Origin: Candidatus Krumholzibacteriia bacterium | GTDB lineage: Bacteria > Krumholzibacteriota > Krumholzibacteriia > WVZY01 | Length of the DNA stretch: 10,766 nucleotides | Direction of reading: 5' to 3' | NCBI GenBank assembly: GCA_036478295.1 | Contig: JAZGDW010000088.1 | Span: 1 to 10,766 of the forward strand | Shown: positions 7,331 to 10,766 of the stretch, in pieces | Position numbering within the stretch: the stretch's first letter is position 1 | How the letters are laid out: each line of letters begins with the position of its first letter | Program-made: the position numbers and the translations under genes | Notes under the pieces: generated by a model | Seen by the model: the letters and a program-made list of their open reading frames with translations, nothing else | Database searches by the model: none | Told to the model about the DNA's origin: nothing

Positions 7331-7356
7331 GCCGGCCGGAGAGACGCCAACTACGC

Positions 7357-8550
7357 TCAGTTCTTGTCGATGAGGAGTGCCATACCGAGACCGCCGCTCA
7401 CGCATAGCGTCGCCAGCCCCATCTCCGCTTCGCGGCGGTTCATCTCGTGGAGAAGCGTCACAACGATTCGTGCACCCGTCGCGCCTATCGGGTGCCCCAG
7501 ACTGATCGCACCACCCCGCACGTTCACCCGCTCCAAATCCAGCTCCAGATCCTTCTGGCATGCCAGTACCTGCGCGGCGAAGGCCTCATTGAGCTCGATC
7601 AACGGGATGTCACCGAGCTCGAGGTTGTTCCGTTCGAGGATTTTCCGGGTGACCGGCACCGGACCGATCCCCATACGCTTGGGGTCCACACCGACCATCG
7701 TGTAGTCCCGTACGAACCCGAGTGGGCGTTTTCCCAGTTGCCCGGCCCTTTCCTCTGATACCAGCACCAGGGCGGCGGCCCCGTCGGTAATCCCACTTGC
7801 GTTTCCCGCGGTGACCGTTCCGTCCTGTCTGAATACCGGCGCGAGTTTGGCCAGGCCTTCCAGGGTCAGGCCGCTGCGCGGGTGCTCGTCCGCGCTGACC
7901 TCCACCGGCCGGCCGCGGTCATCCGGCGCCATCACCGGCAGGATTTCCTCCGCAAGGATGTCCCTGGACTCCGCCACCCGTTCCTGGCTCATCAACGCGT
8001 AGCGGTCCTGCGCCTCGCGGTCGATGTGGTATTCGTCGGCCAGCACCTCCGCCGTTTCGCCCATGAGCAGTTCTGAGAGGGGGTCCATGAAACCGTCGCG
8101 GTACATCCCATCGATGAGCTGCGCGTGCCCGAGCCGGTACCCAAGCCGCGCACTGTCCAGAAGAAACGGCACACGGGTCATGTTCTCCGTCCCGCCTGCC
8201 ACCACGCAGGACGCCCCGCGCCAGGTGATGGCGTCGAAGGCCAGCGCGATCGCCTTACACCCGCTGGCACACGCCATGTTCACCGTATACGCCGGAACCT
8301 CTTGCGGAATGCCCGCCCGGTGCGCGATCTGCCGCGCGGGGTTCGGACCGCCACCGGCCTGGCGAGCGTTACCGAAAATAAACTCATCGACATCGCCCGG
8401 CGCCACCCCCGACCGCTCCACCACAGCGTTCACCACGGATGCGCCCAAATCGACAGCGGAAAGGTTGCGAAACGCCCCGAGAAATTTGCCGATGGGGGTG
8501 CGCTTCGCCTCGATAATCGCGACGCGGGGAGGTTTCACCGATTCTGCCAT
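7357..8550 (-). CDS. Acetyl-CoA C-acetyl/acyltransferase (thiolase A), 397 aa
   Basis: KRTPIGKF, NMACASG (nucleophile Cys), VTAGNASG, NEAF, GHP and CVSGG. Ends with tandem in-frame stops TGA-GCG-TAG. Confidence 0.96.
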   Translation of the reverse strand: MAESVKPPRVAIIEAKRTPIGKFLGAFRNLSAVDLGASVVNAVVERSGVAPGDVDEFIFGNARQAGGGPNPARQIAHRAGIPQEVPAYTVNMACASGCKAIALAFDAITWRGASCVVAGGTENMTRVPFLLDSARLGYRLGHAQLIDGMYRDGFMDPLSELLMGETAEVLADEYHIDREAQDRYALMSQERVAESRDILAEEILPVMAPDDRGRPVEVSADEHPRSGLTLEGLAKLAPVFRQDGTVTAGNASGITDGAAALVLVSEERAGQLGKRPLGFVRDYTMVGVDPKRMGIGPVPVTRKILERNNLELGDIPLIELNEAFAAQVLACQKDLELDLERVNVRGGAISLGHPIGATGARIVVTLLHEMNRREAEMGLATLCVSGGLGMALLIDKN

Positions 8551-8572
8551 CCAGATTATTTAACGAATTATA

Positions 8573-8585
8573 AATCAATGACTTG
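8573..8585 (+). promoter_or_regulatory. Candidate IHF binding site
   Basis: AATCAA-TGAC-TTG is an exact match to WATCAANNNNTTR, with an AT-rich tract (ATTATTTAACGAATTATA) immediately 5'. Confidence 0.55.
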
Positions 8586-8594
8586 CTAGGGTTC

Positions 8595-8623
8595 AAAGTA
8601 ATGGAGGCCGGCGGTTTCGTCAA
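8595..8623 (-). promoter_or_regulatory. Putative sigma-70 promoter for the acyl-CoA operon
   Basis: TTGACG (8623-8618), 17-nt spacer, TACTTT (8600-8595), ~45 nt upstream of the thiolase A ATG. Confidence 0.6.
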
Positions 8624-8651
8624 CAAAAAAGTCGCCGCTGAACCCATAGAT

Positions 8652-8667
8652 GGGAACCGGATTTGCA
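8652..8667 (+). promoter_or_regulatory. Candidate sigma-54 (-24/-12) promoter for the divergent ORF
   Basis: GGGAAC-CGGAT-TTGCA versus consensus TGGCAC-N5-TTGCW. The GG(8653-54)-N10-GC(8665-66) spacing is exact. Lies ~60 nt upstream of ATG 8730. Confidence 0.45.
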
Positions 8668-8729
8668 TCCATTTTTTTGTGTGCGCTGATCGTGAAAAAG
8701 GGGGGCACTCCAAAGGAGACGAACCACCG

Positions 8730-10766
8730 ATGTCAACCCGTTACAACACAACAATTTCAAACAGCTTAGGACGCGTCCGCCAGGCGGGCCGGGCGGCCGG
8801 TGTCACGGTCCTCATGCTGGGCCTTCTGTCGTCCGGGCCGGCCATCGGCGCCGGTGAGGCAAAAGGCTTCTCACGCGAGTGCGCGTCCGAACGCGCGTGG
8901 TTGAAATCCACCCTGGACGACCTCCTTGCAACCCAGGGCGCCGACGGCAACATCGCGTTCTACGCGAACGACGATCTCTTCTTGAACTACCCGCTCATAG
9001 CCTCCTTCGGACTGCACATCTATCAATTCGACCACGACGCCGGGTTCTTGGGTGACTTGTTCAACCACTCGACGCGCTACATGGGGTACCTGCTGTCCCA
9101 CTTCGACGCCGACGGCGATTTTCTCCTGGAACGGAACGCCTGGGGCGATGCGTACACCCAGGACCCCGCGGTCGAGGACGTCGGTTTCAACGCGATGTTT
9201 GCGCTCGACATGCTCGCTATCTCGCGCATCGCCATCGAACTCGACATGCCGGCCAACGCGCTCTACTGGTATCAAGGAATGCGAACCGTCAGCAGGCAGC
9301 TCATTGATCACACGTACGATTCAAATTCCGGATTCTTTCTACCGGTGAACAATCGTCTGCAAAAAAAGGAAAGCTTGTATTTCGCGCTCTCCGCGCTGCC
9401 CGTTTATTTCAATGAGCATCTCGGCGAGAACCTGGCTGGGGCTATCGTCACAAACTACATGTTAAAAGAACCGGAACCCCAAGTGGACTCGCCGATGCGG
9501 TACCTGCAGTGGGATTTCGCCGGGAACCGGCTCTCCAACGGTGCGTCCGCCGACCACTTGATGCGGGCGATTCTGATGCTCGGCGCCCTCGACTGGAACG
9601 GCCACGGAGATGACGCGCGGCGTTTCTCGCAGGACATGGGCCGCCATATCGAATCGTTCCCCGGCGGAGATCGCGGGACCCGCGCCGAAAACGCCTATGC
9701 CGACTACCTCGCGTGCTTCATTGCGCAGAGCGGCTACACATCTCTGTTTCCCCGCTGCCATGAGCTGTCGCTGCTGGAAGCGCTCGGCGGACTCGACGGC
9801 GCGCTCGACGCCAACCGGCGAGCCCGCTTGCGGAGCAGCGTCGCCACCATCCGCGCATTTCTCATCGGCGGCAACCGGCCCGGAACCGGCGGGGCGGAAG
9901 AAGCCCTTCCCACCGACACACCCACCGTCGAAAAGGCTGTGCGAGAAGTATACTGGGCCATTTCCGTGATGCGTGCGAAATGGCGCAAGCGGACGCTGTT
10001 CACGCCGCACGACCGGGACGCCATCCCGGGCTTCGACTTGTACGCTGGGTTCGCAGAACTGCTGGACGATGTGACGGCAACGCTGGCCCGCGCGGAAACG
10101 AAAGTATCCCGGATCCGATCGAGAGACACCGGTTTCGACATTACGGCAACGCTTGTCAACGAGACTGCCGCGCCGCGTGGCTCGGCGAATTTCAAGTTCG
10201 GGCTGTCCACGTTGGCAAAGCGCGTGGATATCGCTTCGCTGGTGGTCACCCATGGGCAAACGAGCGAAACCCTGGTGGGCGCCCCCCTGACCCTCGTAGG
10301 CGGTGAGGCGGCCAGGGAATACTGGTTCCGCGTTACCTTGCCTGCCGGCAACGAGTCGACCGTCCTGCCTATCCAGCTGGTAGCGGAGGTCAGGTTCGCC
10401 GACGGCCGCAGGCAGCGCTATCACTTTCGGCGTGGTGTCTATGTAACGATGCCCGTTACGTACGCCGTGTCCTTTCCGCACGGGACCATTCTCAAAGGGA
10501 GCAACGTGCCGATCGAGCTCGTCGTAACGAAACACGTGAGCAAACGCATCGTCATCAACGCCGAATGGTACAGTCCCGCCGGACTGCGGCTCAAAGAAGG
10601 CCACTCGTTGAGCATGATCATGCCCGCAGACCAAAGTAGCGCCGCTCTGGAGATGCACGTCCAAGTGCCGACGCCGTGCCGGCCCGGTGCATTTCCCTTT
10701 TTGCTGAAACTCTTCGCCAACGGCGAAGACCAGGGTACGCTTGCCTCTAATATGTTCAAACACTAC
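8730..10766 (+). CDS. Large putatively secreted protein, at least 679 aa (runs off the right edge): signal peptide, six-hairpin glycosidase-like helical region, beta-sandwich domains
   Basis: Not in the ORF track. Manual translation is open from ATG 8730 to the window end: MSTRYNTTISNSLGRVRQAGRAAGVTVLMLGLLSSGPAIGAGEAK...LLATQGADGNI...YQFDHDAGFL...YLLSHFDADGDFLLE...EDVGFNAMFALDMLAISRIAIEL...YDSNSGFF...VPTPCRPGAFPFLLKLFANGEDQGTLASNMFKHY. SD AAGGAG at 8713-8718; third positions are GC-rich. The ORF call is confident; the domain call is much less so. Confidence 0.9.
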   Translation, partial: MSTRYNTTISNSLGRVRQAGRAAGVTVLMLGLLSSGPAIGAGEAKGFSRECASERAWLKSTLDDLLATQGADGNIAFYANDDLFLNYPLIASFGLHIYQFDHDAGFLGDLFNHSTRYMGYLLSHFDADGDFLLERNAWGDAYTQDPAVEDVGFNAMFALDMLAISRIAIELDMPANALYWYQGMRTVSRQLIDHTYDSNSGFFLPVNNRLQKKESLYFALSALPVYFNEHLGENLAGAIVTNYMLKEPEPQVDSPMRYLQWDFAGNRLSNGASADHLMRAILMLGALDWNGHGDDARRFSQDMGRHIESFPGGDRGTRAENAYADYLACFIAQSGYTSLFPRCHELSLLEALGGLDGALDANRRARLRSSVATIRAFLIGGNRPGTGGAEEALPTDTPTVEKAVREVYWAISVMRAKWRKRTLFTPHDRDAIPGFDLYAGFAELLDDVTATLARAETKVSRIRSRDTGFDITATLVNETAAPRGSANFKFGLSTLAKRVDIASLVVTHGQTSETLVGAPLTLVGGEAAREYWFRVTLPAGNESTVLPIQLVAEVRFADGRRQRYHFRRGVYVTMPVTYAVSFPHGTILKGSNVPIELVVTKHVSKRIVINAEWYSPAGLRLKEGHSLSMIMPADQSSAALEMHVQVPTPCRPGAFPFLLKLFANGEDQGTLASNMFKHY

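Noticed and set aside
7126..7350. 74-aa minus-strand ORF filling the thiolase A-hbd gap, in frame with thiolase A and overlapping the hbd start (ATGA)
   Set aside because: TTG start with no SD, Pro/Arg/Gly-rich composition, two in-frame stops (TGA, TAG) block read-through from thiolase A, and hbd has its own strong SD. Ribosome profiling could overturn this.
2072..7705. Long plus-strand ORFs (2072..3076, 3227..4354, 4080..5120, 6528..7373, 6716..7705)
   Set aside because: Antisense to well-conserved enzymes; stop-poor reverse frames are expected in GC-rich genes; no family motifs.
9361..9367. A7 run (C AAA AAA AG) as a frameshift or phase-variation site
   Set aside because: The frame stays open through it (CAA AAA AAG) and nothing indicates a meaningful alternative-frame product.
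9462..10763. 433-aa minus-strand ORF, plus 8871..9311, 9734..10351 and the small plus-strand ORFs in this region
   Set aside because: Shadows of the real plus-strand ORF from 8730, which has an SD, a signal peptide and normal codon bias; no recognisable motifs.
1..10766. Mobile element, prophage att site or CRISPR array
   Set aside because: No integrase or transposase motifs, no duplicated tRNA 3' end, and no regularly spaced repeat-spacer array seen.

Overview
GC-rich (roughly 60% by eye) bacterial chromosomal window. Almost everything is on the minus strand. In transcription order it holds an acyl-CoA catabolic cluster (thiolase A, 3-hydroxybutyryl-CoA dehydrogenase, crotonase, glutaryl-CoA dehydrogenase, T1/ACAA2-like thiolase B), a LeuB-family beta-decarboxylating dehydrogenase with an NADP-type cofactor motif and no leuCD in the window, and the conserved block tRNA-Leu(TAG), tig, clpP (cut by the left edge). 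A divergent plus-strand ORF of at least 679 codons (8730 to the right edge) is absent from the supplied ORF track because it has no stop in the window. It appears to be secreted, with a degenerate (alpha/alpha)6 glycoside-hydrolase-like region followed by beta-sandwich domains, and sits behind a candidate sigma-54 promoter and an exact IHF consensus. Two intergenic regions (1835-1952, 7171-7330) contain competing GC-rich stems. I found no mobile element, CRISPR array or rRNA. This is mostly core and metabolic DNA. The best novelty candidates are the uncalled secreted protein, the NADP-type LeuB paralog beside the glutaryl-CoA pathway, and the structured intergenic elements. All family assignments come from motif recognition by eye, not database searches.
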